A DNA stretch of 64,000 bases from an uncultured Chlamydiales bacterium (GTDB taxonomy: Bacteria; Chlamydiota; Chlamydiia; Chlamydiales; Rhabdochlamydiaceae), in contig OY969554.1 of assembly GCA_963700985.1 (NCBI GenBank), positions 1,824,001 to 1,888,000 of the forward strand, given 5' to 3'. Positions 13,416-24,011 of this stretch are shown here, piece after piece. A program made the position numbers and the translations under genes. The first letter of the stretch is position 1; the number at the start of each line of letters is the position of its first letter. A model generated the notes under the pieces. It saw only the letters and a list, made by a program, of their open reading frames with translations, searched no databases and was not told the origin of the DNA.

Positions 13416-15467
13416 TTAGTCAATATTGTGAACATCTAGCATGCGTTGCTGTTCTGGTGTCCGTGCAGCCGCTCTTTTTGTGCGTTCTTGCAGCATCTCA
13501 TAAAGAACCCTGACGCGAGTATCTAATTCGCCTTTTTCAAGCTCAGCTTGTCTGATACGCTTTTCCATTGCCTTAATGGTTTTCTGCATTTTTTTAAGCT
13601 GCTCGTCAGCAGTATTTGCGCTCTCTACAGCTTTGTCACGAGCTGCAATCAATCTATTCATATATTCTGTCTGTGCTTTTATCGTGTTCAAAGCACCAGC
13701 AGTCGTCTCTGTTGAGGCTTTGACGACCTCTTGCGCGCGCTCCTGCTCATCGTCTGAATCAGAACTCGCTTTATTAATTTGTTGCTTTAAAGCTCGAATT
13801 TGTAGCCCTTGCTTATCTCTTAGCTGTTCGGCTTCATTACGCTGTTTTTCAAGCATGCTCATCTGCTGCTTCAACAACCCAATTTCTCGATCGTGCTCTC
13901 TTTGTGCATGTGCGCTTGCCTGATCGTAAGCTGTTTGGTTTTGGCCTATCTTATGATCAAAAGAAAGATTTCGCTCTTCGCTCTCTTTAAAGCGTTGTGT
14001 TACGGATGTAAGTTGTTGCTTAGCTTGGCTTTCAGAATCTTTTAGGTTCACAAATTCTGCATTTAGATCCTCGACCCTGCTGGCCAGTGATTGCGCCTGC
14101 TCTACTAGCTCACCATTTTCGATTTCTTTATGCGCAAAAGCGTGCTCAAGCTCACTAACTTGGAGCGCCAATCGGAGGTTTGCTGCTCTTTGAGTTTCAA
14201 GCTGCTTGCTTAAAGCAGTCACTTCGGTAGATCGATCTGGGTAAGCTGGTTTTTGTGCAGAAAGTTCAGTGATTTTTCTCTCTGCTTCGCTGACATCATG
14301 CTCGAGCTCCAAGATGCGCTTTTCGAAATTAAATTTTTCTGAAGCAAGTTGTGTCTCTAGCTCAGCCACTCTTTTATTTGCATTTTCTAATTCAGTCGTA
14401 AGCACGTCGATTTCTGGAAGAATCTGTTCAATATAGTCTTCTAACTCGACTTTTTCTTTTTGGAGTATTGCAACTTCGTTTTGGGCTTTGGCAAAAGCTT
14501 GCTCGAGTTCTTGGATTCTCGTTTCTAACGCTGTCTTGTCTGAGGTCTTGTCGTCTTGCGCTGCAGCGAGTTGTGCCTCTAGCTCAGCCGCTCTTTTAGT
14601 TGCTTTTGTTAATTCAGATCTAAGCCTGTCAATCTCTGCATTTGCAGTTGCAATGTTTGCTTCTAACTCGCTTTTCGTATTTTTGAGAGCAGCAATCTCG
14701 GCTTGGTCTGCATTAACAGCTTTTTCGAGCTCGCCGATTCTTGCTGCTGATTCAGCTTTATCTGCAACGCTGCTTTTTTGTAATTCAGACAACTCTTTTT
14801 GGAGTTGTTCAATTCTTTCGTCGAGGTCGCGGATTTTTTGCTTAGCTGCTCCATATAGTTCGAGCTGGGTTTTCAAAGTGCCAGTAAGTTCTTCTTGAGA
14901 AGCTGAGCACTGCGTATTTTCTTGAACAAGACGTGCATTCTCTTCGGCTAAACCTCTGACTTGACCTGTAAGATCTTCAACTCGATGCGTAAGCCCGGTT
15001 TTTTCGTCGGTTAAACGGTCAATCTGAGAGCGTAATTCTTCCATTGCTGCAGGATTTACTGCGCTTTGGGGTTCAGGTGATGGCGTAAACGTGCGCGGAA
15101 AGCTTAATCTTCGGGCAGACTCAGATGAGGGGGAAAGTCCGCGGTTAGCGATTTTTATGATTTTTTTGCAGACCTTCTGAATCTCTGGAGTCTGTTTAAC
15201 AGGCATGCTTGCATGGCTGTCTTTGAGGGAGACGGTCAGTCTTTTAGTTGGGCCATCGATGTCTAAAAGCAGGCGTTGGCCCGCAGTAATCGTGCCATTT
15301 GATTTTAAAATTTGGACGAGTTTAGCAACATGCGTTTGAGTTTCATTAATGAAGCTGCTGTCAGCTTTTTTAGCCGTTGTACGACCGCCTTTGCCTGGGG
15401 AGGTATATTTGATGCGTGTAATGCTATGCGAGGGCGAGCTATCAGGTCCTGTTAATGCTAATGACAT
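13416..15467 (-). CDS. Long coiled-coil protein, candidate secreted effector
   Basis: 683 aa; Ser/Pro-rich N-terminus then more than 500 aa of E/K/Q/L/A heptad-like sequence; no Walker motifs. Confidence 0.8.
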   Translation of the reverse strand: MSLALTGPDSSPSHSITRIKYTSPGKGGRTTAKKADSSFINETQTHVAKLVQILKSNGTITAGQRLLLDIDGPTKRLTVSLKDSHASMPVKQTPEIQKVCKKIIKIANRGLSPSSESARRLSFPRTFTPSPEPQSAVNPAAMEELRSQIDRLTDEKTGLTHRVEDLTGQVRGLAEENARLVQENTQCSASQEELTGTLKTQLELYGAAKQKIRDLDERIEQLQKELSELQKSSVADKAESAARIGELEKAVNADQAEIAALKNTKSELEANIATANAEIDRLRSELTKATKRAAELEAQLAAAQDDKTSDKTALETRIQELEQAFAKAQNEVAILQKEKVELEDYIEQILPEIDVLTTELENANKRVAELETQLASEKFNFEKRILELEHDVSEAERKITELSAQKPAYPDRSTEVTALSKQLETQRAANLRLALQVSELEHAFAHKEIENGELVEQAQSLASRVEDLNAEFVNLKDSESQAKQQLTSVTQRFKESEERNLSFDHKIGQNQTAYDQASAHAQREHDREIGLLKQQMSMLEKQRNEAEQLRDKQGLQIRALKQQINKASSDSDDEQERAQEVVKASTETTAGALNTIKAQTEYMNRLIAARDKAVESANTADEQLKKMQKTIKAMEKRIRQAELEKGELDTRVRVLYEMLQERTKRAAARTPEQQRMLDVHNID

Positions 15468-15671
15468 AATTATATGTTCCTTATTATTGCTATTGTTAAT
15501 TATTATACTAAATTATTAATATATAGTCAAAATAATATTAATATTATTATAACTAGAATAAAGTCATAAATCATTGAAATTAAGGCGTTTGTATTTTTAG
15601 CTCTAGAAAAGAAGGATAGAATTAATTTGGCCATAGACGCATAGCCTAGATTTGTCTAAAAATAGCGGCCT

Positions 15672-16907
15672 ATGCGACGAATTTTGCTCTTTTTTTGCCT
15701 ATTTTCGGGTTCCATTCTGATTGGAGCACAGACTCCTTCCAAAGAGCCAACGGCCCTATACCTAAGTTGGAAAAGAGACCCGACCTCGACCATGGTCATT
15801 CAATGGCACACCTCTAAAAAAGAGGCTATTTCAGAGATCTCATACAAACGTGAAGCAGAAACAACATGGCGCTCAGCTACTGGCATCGTAACTCCTTTTG
15901 CCAAGGAAGCGCTTTTGGTGCATACAGTGGAACTCACTGATCTTCAGGCGGATACGATGTATCAATTCCGCATAGGCCAGAGCAAAAACATCTATAAATT
16001 TCGAACTTGCCCCAAGAATTTAGAAAGGCCGCTGCGCTTTGCCATTGCAGGGGATGTCTATTTTTACCTCTATCTTCTGAGAAAGATGAATCATGAGATT
16101 GCACAGAGCGATCCAGATTTTGTGGTGGTGGGTGGTGACATCGCTTATACCAATGGGCATAAGTCGCTCTTTAAAGGCAAAGATTGGGAGCGTAAACGCT
16201 GGGGCACTTTTTTCGAGGAGTGGCATAAACAGATGGTTGCTCCTGATGGGCGGCTAATTCCGATGGTGGTCGTGATTGGCAATCATGATGTGAAATCGAA
16301 AGTAGAGGGTGGCTCTTTTTATAAACTCTTCGCCTTTCCAGAAGAGAACATACCTTACCGCGCGCTTGATTTTGGCACGTATTTCAGCCTCTTTTTGTTA
16401 GATACAAATCACACATATCCAATTGAGGGTCTGCAATCCGCCTGGTTAAATGAGGCATTAGCTAAGCGAGAAGCTGTGTCTTTTAAAATTCCGGTCTACC
16501 ACGTGGGGGCTTATCCTTCGGTTTATCGATATGATGGGCACATCCCGACTAAGATTCGTGACATGTGGGTGCCACTTTTTGAAAAATATGGCGTGAAGTT
16601 CGCATTCGAAAATCACAATCACGCTTACAAGCGCACACATCCCATCAAAGCGGGAAAAGTAGATCAAACTGGGGTGATCTATTTAGGTGATGGGGCTTGG
16701 GGCGTCGCACCACGTAAACCGAAACCTATTAAAGATCAGTGGTACATGGCTACATCAGCCCAGAAAAACTGCTTCTGGCTGATTAGCTTAAGCAAGGAAG
16801 GGTATGCGGTGAAGTCTCTCGATGGCGAAGGAAAATTAATCGAAGAGCTTCCTCTAATTCCAATTCCTGCTAAACTTGCTTCCCCAATTACACCGAGCCA
16901 AAATTGA
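15672..16907 (+). CDS. Purple acid phosphatase-like metallophosphoesterase with N-terminal FN3-like domain, exported
   Basis: Signal peptide; GD, GGDIAY, GNHD, YH, HNHAY, YLGDGAWG motifs. Confidence 0.88.
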   Translation: MRRILLFFCLFSGSILIGAQTPSKEPTALYLSWKRDPTSTMVIQWHTSKKEAISEISYKREAETTWRSATGIVTPFAKEALLVHTVELTDLQADTMYQFRIGQSKNIYKFRTCPKNLERPLRFAIAGDVYFYLYLLRKMNHEIAQSDPDFVVVGGDIAYTNGHKSLFKGKDWERKRWGTFFEEWHKQMVAPDGRLIPMVVVIGNHDVKSKVEGGSFYKLFAFPEENIPYRALDFGTYFSLFLLDTNHTYPIEGLQSAWLNEALAKREAVSFKIPVYHVGAYPSVYRYDGHIPTKIRDMWVPLFEKYGVKFAFENHNHAYKRTHPIKAGKVDQTGVIYLGDGAWGVAPRKPKPIKDQWYMATSAQKNCFWLISLSKEGYAVKSLDGEGKLIEELPLIPIPAKLASPITPSQN

Positions 16908-18148
16908 TGAAATTTCTGAAGTTTTTTGCACCTCTAGTCGTGATTGTTATCGCAGTCATCTTTTTTAAAACTTATGAAAGTGCCAAGGTTCCATCTGCCC
17001 TTTATCTCACCTGGCTGCATGATCCTACGCACACTATGACGGTGCAGTGGCACAATGAAGATGGCGAGAACACACAAGTTTATTATCAGAAAGAAGGCGA
17101 ATCGACTTGGCATGCAAAAGTGGCCGCTTCGCATCAGGTTGCAAATGGCACCCTTTTATGGGGAACGCTTTTTGTGCATACGGCAGAGCTGACTGAGCTT
17201 CAACCAGACACTGTCTATGCTTTCCGTTTAGGGACTCACGATGTTCTCTATCGTTTTAGAACCATGCCAGATACAACGCTGGGCCGGCCTGTGCGCTTTG
17301 TGGTGGGCGGCGATCTCTATCAAGACAACCTTTCGCGTTTCAAAAAAATGAATGGCCAGGTGGCCAAAATGGATCCCGATTTCGTGGTGCTAGGCGGCGA
17401 CATCGCTTACACGAGAGGTCATAGCGCTTTTCTGAAAGGGCGCTACTTTGAAATCAAACGCTGGCAGACCTTCTTTAAAGCTTGGAAGAATCAGATGGTT
17501 ACATCTGATGGCCGGCTGATTCCTGCGCTCGTGGCCATCGGCAATCACGATTTGGAAAGTTCTCACCCTGACCCGCGCGTAAAGTCGGTGCTGTTCTATG
17601 AGTTTTTTGCCATGCCTGAGCTTTTCACAGCATATCGCACGCTCGATTACGGAAACTATTTGAGCTTGTTTCTTTTGGATACAGGACATACCTATCCGAT
17701 CAGTGGCAAACAGACAAAATGGCTGCAAAGTGCGCTTGCACAAAGCGACATGCCGCATAAGATGGCGGTTTATCATGTCTCTGCCTATCCATCAGTCTAC
17801 GATTTTAACAAAGGCAATCGGAAACTCATTCGCAAGCACTGGGTGCCGCTCTTTGAGCAATATGGAGTGAAGACTGCTTTTGAACATCACGATCACGCTT
17901 TTAAACGCACTTATCGCATAAAAGAGGGCAAAGTAGATCCAAATGGAGTTCTCTATCTCGGTGACGGCGCTTGGGCGATCGATGTGCGCGAGCCGCGCAA
18001 AGCCGAAAGCACCTGGTATCTAGAAAAAACGCAAGCGATCAACTTTGTCTATCTCGTTACTCTGCAAGGAGCTACGCAGATCGTGCAAGCCATCGACAAT
18101 AATGGCATTACCTTTGATCAGATCTCTTTCACGAACTTATCTAAATAA
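16904..18148 (+). CDS. Purple acid phosphatase-like metallophosphoesterase, tandem paralog
   Basis: N-terminal hydrophobic anchor; GGD, GGDIAY, GNHD, HDHAF, YLGDGAW motifs. Confidence 0.88.
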   Translation: MMKFLKFFAPLVVIVIAVIFFKTYESAKVPSALYLTWLHDPTHTMTVQWHNEDGENTQVYYQKEGESTWHAKVAASHQVANGTLLWGTLFVHTAELTELQPDTVYAFRLGTHDVLYRFRTMPDTTLGRPVRFVVGGDLYQDNLSRFKKMNGQVAKMDPDFVVLGGDIAYTRGHSAFLKGRYFEIKRWQTFFKAWKNQMVTSDGRLIPALVAIGNHDLESSHPDPRVKSVLFYEFFAMPELFTAYRTLDYGNYLSLFLLDTGHTYPISGKQTKWLQSALAQSDMPHKMAVYHVSAYPSVYDFNKGNRKLIRKHWVPLFEQYGVKTAFEHHDHAFKRTYRIKEGKVDPNGVLYLGDGAWAIDVREPRKAESTWYLEKTQAINFVYLVTLQGATQIVQAIDNNGITFDQISFTNLSK

Positions 18149-18159
18149 AAGCTGAGATT

Positions 18160-19743
18160 TTAGTCGGGTTGCGGAAGGCTCTCTGGAGTTAGCGTGCGGC
18201 TGCTGCGGAAGAGCTGGATGCCAAGACAGGAGAGCAGACCATAGACGAGGTAATAAAATCCGAATCCGATAGCGTAAAGTATTTGCATGCCCCAAGAGGT
18301 GCGTATCGCTTCATGTTGAGCGATTTCTGGCCCGCGTAGGGTGTTGTCGAACTGTGTATCTAATTCAGCTCTTGGATACTCATATGTGATCACAGCCGGC
18401 ACTGGAGGATTTATAGTGTATTCGGGCTCGCCGGGGCGAAATGCGTGGGGGCCGAGCACCTCTCCTACCTTGCCAATATCAAGGCTATTTTGAAATTCGG
18501 TCAAATGTACTTCTATATAGGGGTTGTCTGGGTGAATGCCCAATCCGAAATGTGTCTCTCCCAAATAATCAGAACGATCTCCACCCGAGACTGTGGTGGC
18601 GCGATTGCGGTAGACTTCGACGCGACATTTTGGCCCAAGTGATGGATCCGTGCGCGTATTGATCATGTTGCTAAAAGCTGTGACGGTTTCTCTATCGGGG
18701 CTTGGTCCACAAAGTAGAAGGGCTTCTTCAACATCTGCCCAGAAATCCATCATAAATCTTTGCGCCTGCGTGCTTCCCTCGCTATAGGCGATAACGCGAA
18801 TTTTTTGTCCATCTAGCGTGCGAAAATTGCCATCTTGGAGGAGCGTAGCAAAATCTGCTTTGGCTGCAGCATAGCCAGTTAGTCCCATGCATCTTTCGGT
18901 GCCGTTGGCGATGCTCATAAAAAAATCTTCGGCTACAAAAGCCACTTGCGTTGGGCGAAAAACAAGCGAGGGGACAAGTGTGGAATTTTTGCTAAGCGGT
19001 TTGAGTGCAAAGGCCACTAGTCCATCACCCGTGCCGATTTTGCGGTAGACTTCGAAGAAGTCGAGCTTACCATCACGTGTGAGTGCAGGGATGATCTCAC
19101 CTTCAGTAAGTTCCAGGCTCGAAAAGACCTTGGTCAGACGGTCACAGAATGCATAATCTGGCACGCGTGGGAAACGGCCTGGATTATAAAGATCTAAAAT
19201 ATCAGGCGAGAGTTGCTGACGCTTCTGATCTAAAAGAAAAGGATCATAGACGAACATGTCGCGCATAGTATCGGGCCCGCCCATGATTCTAGTGGCGGGT
19301 TTTTTGGGGCCGAGATAGGGAGCGGCTTGCAGCCTGGCAGCAATCTGCTCTCGCGGCATCTGCGCAACGCCCAGAATATCGTTTGTAAATACACGTGAGG
19401 CGCCCACTCCCACTTTAGCGACATGACTTAGCTCAAGGAAAGATCCTTTGTCCTGTTCTCGCTGAAAGTTTAGGTCGTAACGCGTGCAAAATCTCTTTAT
19501 TTGAATGGGAGAGTAAGCCGTTTTAACGGCTCTTTCAAAGGCTTGCCATGTGCGCGCATTGGCCGCACGCTCTTCTTCTGAAAGAGAAGAGCAGCAGCCC
19601 GGCTCTCTAGCTTCAATGCGCACAACTCGATCATGTGCGAGCTGAAGAAACGAAAATTCCGCCTCTTGTTCTGCCGCGTCAAAAAAATCCTGAATAGTGG
19701 GCTCGAAGGCAACTTGTGAAGAAGCTAAAGCAGTAGCATTCAT
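18160..19743 (-). CDS. Hypothetical protein with divergent lipase class 3 / alpha-beta hydrolase-like region and C-terminal hydrophobic helix
   Basis: LVFRPT (cf. xFRGT) and VIAYSEGSTQAQ (cf. GHSLGG.LAQ); C-terminal ILYAIGFGFYYLVYGLLSCLG. Confidence 0.6.
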   Translation of the reverse strand: MNATALASSQVAFEPTIQDFFDAAEQEAEFSFLQLAHDRVVRIEAREPGCCSSLSEEERAANARTWQAFERAVKTAYSPIQIKRFCTRYDLNFQREQDKGSFLELSHVAKVGVGASRVFTNDILGVAQMPREQIAARLQAAPYLGPKKPATRIMGGPDTMRDMFVYDPFLLDQKRQQLSPDILDLYNPGRFPRVPDYAFCDRLTKVFSSLELTEGEIIPALTRDGKLDFFEVYRKIGTGDGLVAFALKPLSKNSTLVPSLVFRPTQVAFVAEDFFMSIANGTERCMGLTGYAAAKADFATLLQDGNFRTLDGQKIRVIAYSEGSTQAQRFMMDFWADVEEALLLCGPSPDRETVTAFSNMINTRTDPSLGPKCRVEVYRNRATTVSGGDRSDYLGETHFGLGIHPDNPYIEVHLTEFQNSLDIGKVGEVLGPHAFRPGEPEYTINPPVPAVITYEYPRAELDTQFDNTLRGPEIAQHEAIRTSWGMQILYAIGFGFYYLVYGLLSCLGIQLFRSSRTLTPESLPQPD

Positions 19744-19755
19744 CTCTTTTCCTAC

Positions 19756-21576
19756 TTATTGGCGTTCAACCAGCTTTTCGAGAATCTGGCTTGAGCGCGT
19801 GACGTACTCAGAAAGTGCAGAGGGCTCGAGCTCTTTTTGCGAGAGCAGCGAGAGATCATAAAGATGGCGGACCATCTCTTTGGCCAGCGCAGGTTCTTTA
19901 TTCTGCATCGAATAGAGTCCCGAGATCAATTTGCTATTGGTATTGACTACGAAGGTGCGTTTGCTGGTGATACTTGGCGGTAAATTCTGGCCGGTCATGG
20001 CCATGTAGTCGCGCATGCGTCTTAGCTCTTCATCGAGCACAATAAAGCTTGGCAGTGTGTCACTGGTTAAACTCTTGGCTTCGACTTCTACTTTTTCTAA
20101 GTTAAGGGAAGCGCGGATGAAATCAGCGATCTTGCCCGCTTGGGTCTTGCCGTCGGCATCCAGAAGGGTTTTTTCGCGCGTGCTATCTAGTGTCGCGCTG
20201 TCGATCGCGCCATCTAGACGTTGAAATTTAGCCGGCTGGAATTTTTCTTCCAGAGTGTTCATCAGCGCAGTGTCAACCGGTGAAGTGGCAAAGAGAACTT
20301 CATGGTCTTTGTATAATTCGAGCAGATGTGAAGGTGTTTTCTCTTCGGTGGTATAGAAGATCTTCTCCTTTGTTTTCTCGCGGTTGCGCGCAAGATACTC
20401 TTCGGTGGTGGTCCACTCGCTTTTAGTATTTTTCCAGATGAGAGCGCTTTGTACGCGCTCGTAGAACTTCTCATCTTGAATCGCTCCGAGTTTGACGATG
20501 AGTTCGATATCGGGCCATGCCTCTTCGAATTTTGCGCGGTCAGTTTGATAGAGGCTGACTAAGCGGTCTGAAACTTTTTTAGAGACGTGCGCCGCCAGCT
20601 GTCTAACGGTGCGGTCCATCTGCAGTGTGCTTCTGGAGACGTTCAAGGGGATATCAGGGCTGTCGAGCGCGCCTTGTAGCACGGCTAGATATTCAGGGAT
20701 CAAATCTTTGCAATTGTCAGATACGAAGACACGGTTGCAGAAGAGTTTGATGTTTGCGCGGTTCCAATCAAAGCGTTTTTGGATTTTAGGGAAGAAGAGA
20801 ATGCCTTTGAGATTGAATGGATAGTCGACATTTAGATGGATCCAGAAAATCGGCTCTGGCTCCATGGGGTAGAGATCGCGATAAAAATCTAGGTAGTCTT
20901 GATCTGTGCACTCAGAGGCGTTTTTTAGCCAGAGGGGGTCTTTGTGGTTGATCTTCTCGCCATTTAAATAGATAGCAAAAGGCAAAAATGCGCAGTACTG
21001 TTTGAGGATCTGCTTAATGCGATTTTCTTCTAGGAACTCATCGCTTTCTTTATCGACAAAGAGAGTGATCTCTGTGCCGCGCATCTCACGTGTGCCTTTA
21101 TCGATGGTGTAATCTGCGGAGCCGTCGCACGACCAGAAAACCGCTTCTGCATCTGCACGATACGAAAGAGTATCGATTTCAACTTTAGTGGAGATCATGT
21201 AAGCAGAATAGAAACCGAGGCCGAAATGGCCGATGATCTGATCTTGCTCATTTTGGCTTTTGTATTTGCTTACAAACTCTTCTGCGCCAGAAAAAGCCAC
21301 TTGAGCGATATATTTTTCCACCTCTTCATGGGACATACCGATACCAGTATCGATGAACTTTAAAGTGCGGCCTTCTTTATCGATCACGAGGTCGATGCGC
21401 AGCTCTTCATCCGTTGTCTCAGCTTCTTTTTGCTCTCTTAGAATACGCAGCTTATGCAGGGCGTCGCAGGCGTTGGAAACAAGCTCACGGATAAAGATAT
21501 CCTTGTCGCTGTAGAGCCATTTCTTGATAATAGGAAGAAGATTTTCAGTGTGGATCTTTAGTTTTCCGAGGGCCAT
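19756..21576 (-). CDS. htpG: Molecular chaperone HtpG (Hsp90)
   Basis: LYSDKDIFIRELVSNACDA, DTGIGM, IGHFGLGFYS, IPLNVSR. Confidence 0.96.
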   Translation of the reverse strand: MALGKLKIHTENLLPIIKKWLYSDKDIFIRELVSNACDALHKLRILREQKEAETTDEELRIDLVIDKEGRTLKFIDTGIGMSHEEVEKYIAQVAFSGAEEFVSKYKSQNEQDQIIGHFGLGFYSAYMISTKVEIDTLSYRADAEAVFWSCDGSADYTIDKGTREMRGTEITLFVDKESDEFLEENRIKQILKQYCAFLPFAIYLNGEKINHKDPLWLKNASECTDQDYLDFYRDLYPMEPEPIFWIHLNVDYPFNLKGILFFPKIQKRFDWNRANIKLFCNRVFVSDNCKDLIPEYLAVLQGALDSPDIPLNVSRSTLQMDRTVRQLAAHVSKKVSDRLVSLYQTDRAKFEEAWPDIELIVKLGAIQDEKFYERVQSALIWKNTKSEWTTTEEYLARNREKTKEKIFYTTEEKTPSHLLELYKDHEVLFATSPVDTALMNTLEEKFQPAKFQRLDGAIDSATLDSTREKTLLDADGKTQAGKIADFIRASLNLEKVEVEAKSLTSDTLPSFIVLDEELRRMRDYMAMTGQNLPPSITSKRTFVVNTNSKLISGLYSMQNKEPALAKEMVRHLYDLSLLSQKELEPSALSEYVTRSSQILEKLVERQ

Positions 21577-21674
21577 ATTTTAAATCTCAAGTTGTGTTAT
21601 TTATTGGAAATGATCCAAGTGCTGAAGTTTGATGTCAAGCGAGCGCTCGAAAAATAGGCTAAAAAAAAGATATT

Positions 21675-23321
21675 ATGCGAATTCTAGCTGCCCAGCTTAA
21701 TCCAATCGTGGGAGATCTTGAAGGAAATACGTTAAAAATTCTTCAAATCCTCGAGAAGGCCCGCATCCAAAAAGCCGATATCGTAGTTTTTCCTGAGCTG
21801 GCTATTTGTGGTTATCCACCGGAAGACCTCTTGCTACATGCCTCATTTATCGAGGCGATCGAGCCCCAACTTGAAAAAATTATACATGCTTCTGCAGGGC
21901 TAATGGTGGTGGTAGGGCTAGTGCGCAAGAACCCCTCACATACAGAAAAAGCGCTGTTTAACAGCGCGGCAATTATTCAAGATGGCAAGTTGGTTGGTTA
22001 CGAAGATAAGTGTTTATTGCCTACATATGACGTGTTTGATGAGCGCAGATATTTTGAGCCAGGGAGCTCGATTAAACTCTGGGAGTTCAAAGGAAAGAAA
22101 GTCGCGGTCATGATTTGTGAAGACATTTGGCAGCACTTTGGGTGGCAACACTCAGGTGTTGAGTTCACTCACTATTTACGCGATCCAGTGGCTGATTTAG
22201 CCTCTTCCAAACCAGACTTTTTGATTAATATCTCCGCCTCGCCCTATCAATTTCAAAAACCCAGTGTGCGTTTGGAAGTGTGTGCCAAAAGCGCTAAAAC
22301 TTTAAAATGCCCAGTGATTCTCTGCTGCCAAGTAGGGGGCAATGATCAGTTAATCTTCGATGGATACAGTCTCTGTGTTGATCAAACGGGCACACTGCGG
22401 CAAGTTGCAAAAGGGTTTGAAGAAGATCTTCTGCTCGTCGACCTCAATGCGCTGCCACCACCGTCTACATTTACGTCCGATGCTGTTGAAGATCTCTACC
22501 GCGCGCTGGTTTTAGGTGTGCGCGATTATTTTCATAAGTTAGGTTTTAAAAAAGGATGTCTCGGTTTATCAGGTGGTATCGATTCTGCATTGGTGGCATG
22601 CATAGCGGTCGATGCACTTGGGAAGGAGAATGTCTTAGCGATAGCAATGCCTTCGCGGTATAGCTCTGAAGCAAGTTTATCCGATGCAAAAGAACTTACG
22701 CGTAGGTTGGGGATCAATCTCGTTGAAGTGCCCATTGAGGCACCATTTGACTCCTATTTAAATCTCTTAGAACCTCACTTCGAAGGCAAAAAGCCTGACG
22801 TCACTGAAGAGAATTTGCAAGCGCGCATCCGTGGCATCATCCTAATGGCATTTTCCAATAAGCTAGGCTACATCGTAATGAGTACGGCCAATAAGAGCGA
22901 AATGGCTATGGGTTACTCCACACTTTACGGAGATATGTGCGGCGGGCTTGCGGTGATTTCTGATGTAACCAAAACGCAAGTCTACACAATTTGTCGTTGG
23001 CTCAATCGCAAAAAAGAGCTTATTCCGCAGGCGATCATCGATAAACCTCCCTCCGCAGAGCTTAGGCCAAATCAGAAAGATTCAGATACGCTACCCGATT
23101 ACGCCATCGTCGATGCTGTGCTGCAAGCATATGTTGAAGAGTTTCATGCGCCTGAAGAGATCGCTGAAAAACAAAAACTTCCCTTAGATCTCATTCTCGA
23201 TTTGATTCACCGAATTCATCTCGCCGAATACAAACGGCGTCAAGCCGCACCTGGCATACGTGTTAGCAAGAAAGCTTTCCGTGTCGGACGAAGGTATCCT
23301 ATCGTTCAGCAATGGATGTGA
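21675..23321 (+). CDS. nadE: Glutamine-dependent NAD+ synthetase
   Basis: Nitrilase-like domain (FPEL, K, ICEDIW) plus GLSGGIDS, ENLQARIR, PPSAELRPNQKD. Confidence 0.96.
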   Translation: MRILAAQLNPIVGDLEGNTLKILQILEKARIQKADIVVFPELAICGYPPEDLLLHASFIEAIEPQLEKIIHASAGLMVVVGLVRKNPSHTEKALFNSAAIIQDGKLVGYEDKCLLPTYDVFDERRYFEPGSSIKLWEFKGKKVAVMICEDIWQHFGWQHSGVEFTHYLRDPVADLASSKPDFLINISASPYQFQKPSVRLEVCAKSAKTLKCPVILCCQVGGNDQLIFDGYSLCVDQTGTLRQVAKGFEEDLLLVDLNALPPPSTFTSDAVEDLYRALVLGVRDYFHKLGFKKGCLGLSGGIDSALVACIAVDALGKENVLAIAMPSRYSSEASLSDAKELTRRLGINLVEVPIEAPFDSYLNLLEPHFEGKKPDVTEENLQARIRGIILMAFSNKLGYIVMSTANKSEMAMGYSTLYGDMCGGLAVISDVTKTQVYTICRWLNRKKELIPQAIIDKPPSAELRPNQKDSDTLPDYAIVDAVLQAYVEEFHAPEEIAEKQKLPLDLILDLIHRIHLAEYKRRQAAPGIRVSKKAFRVGRRYPIVQQWM

Positions 23322-23439
23322 ACGGAACCGTCGATGACCCTCCTTTGAGAGAAGAGTTCTCCAAATTAGTAACGCGTTAATTCCATGATTTCTGTACACT
23401 AGTTACCTTTATTAATTTTTTTAAATCAAAAGGTAGTTT

Positions 23440-23988
23440 GTGGCAGGTGTAATATTATCTAGTTTAGACAGCGTTTTAGATCACGTAACGGCGCAGATAG
23501 ATTTAGTGGTGGATTTGTTAAAAAATGGTGATAACGCTGAAGCAACACGGCTCTTTAAACTGTCAATTCATCCTTATCTCGGGGATTTAGATAGTTCAGG
23601 AAGGATAGAATATAAAGCATGCCGAGCGATGTTCCTGCCTTCCAGTGATCTTGAGCGGGCAAGGAAGATTATTAAAATTGCTGAGCACTATTTTCTTGGC
23701 TATAAATGTCGAGTAAACTTGAATCCAGAACCCGAGCCTTTAAGAGAAGAACCTGAAGAACCTATTGTTATACAGATACCAAAGCTAGTTTTACCTGCAT
23801 TGCCAGAAAACAAATCGCAACCAGCCGCTTTTGTTGCAGTTTCCAAAAATGCTGCTCTGCCAAGGCCTAAGGAGAATCTCATGACATCTGATGAAATTGT
23901 GGAAGTAGATGATGAGGTTGCAGCGATCATGGGAAACTTAGATAAGGAACTTGAAATGGCCCGTTTACTAGCAACGACTTATAACTAA
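23440..23988 (+). CDS. Hypothetical protein
   Basis: 182 aa ORF with GTG start filling the intergenic space; no recognisable motif. Confidence 0.6.
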   Translation: MAGVILSSLDSVLDHVTAQIDLVVDLLKNGDNAEATRLFKLSIHPYLGDLDSSGRIEYKACRAMFLPSSDLERARKIIKIAEHYFLGYKCRVNLNPEPEPLREEPEEPIVIQIPKLVLPALPENKSQPAAFVAVSKNAALPRPKENLMTSDEIVEVDDEVAAIMGNLDKELEMARLLATTYN

Positions 23989-24011
23989 TCAAGAATTTGC
24001 GTGCTAATTTG

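Noticed and set aside
13416-15467. SMC chromosome segregation protein
   Set aside because: No Walker A/B or hinge motifs; only generic coiled coil
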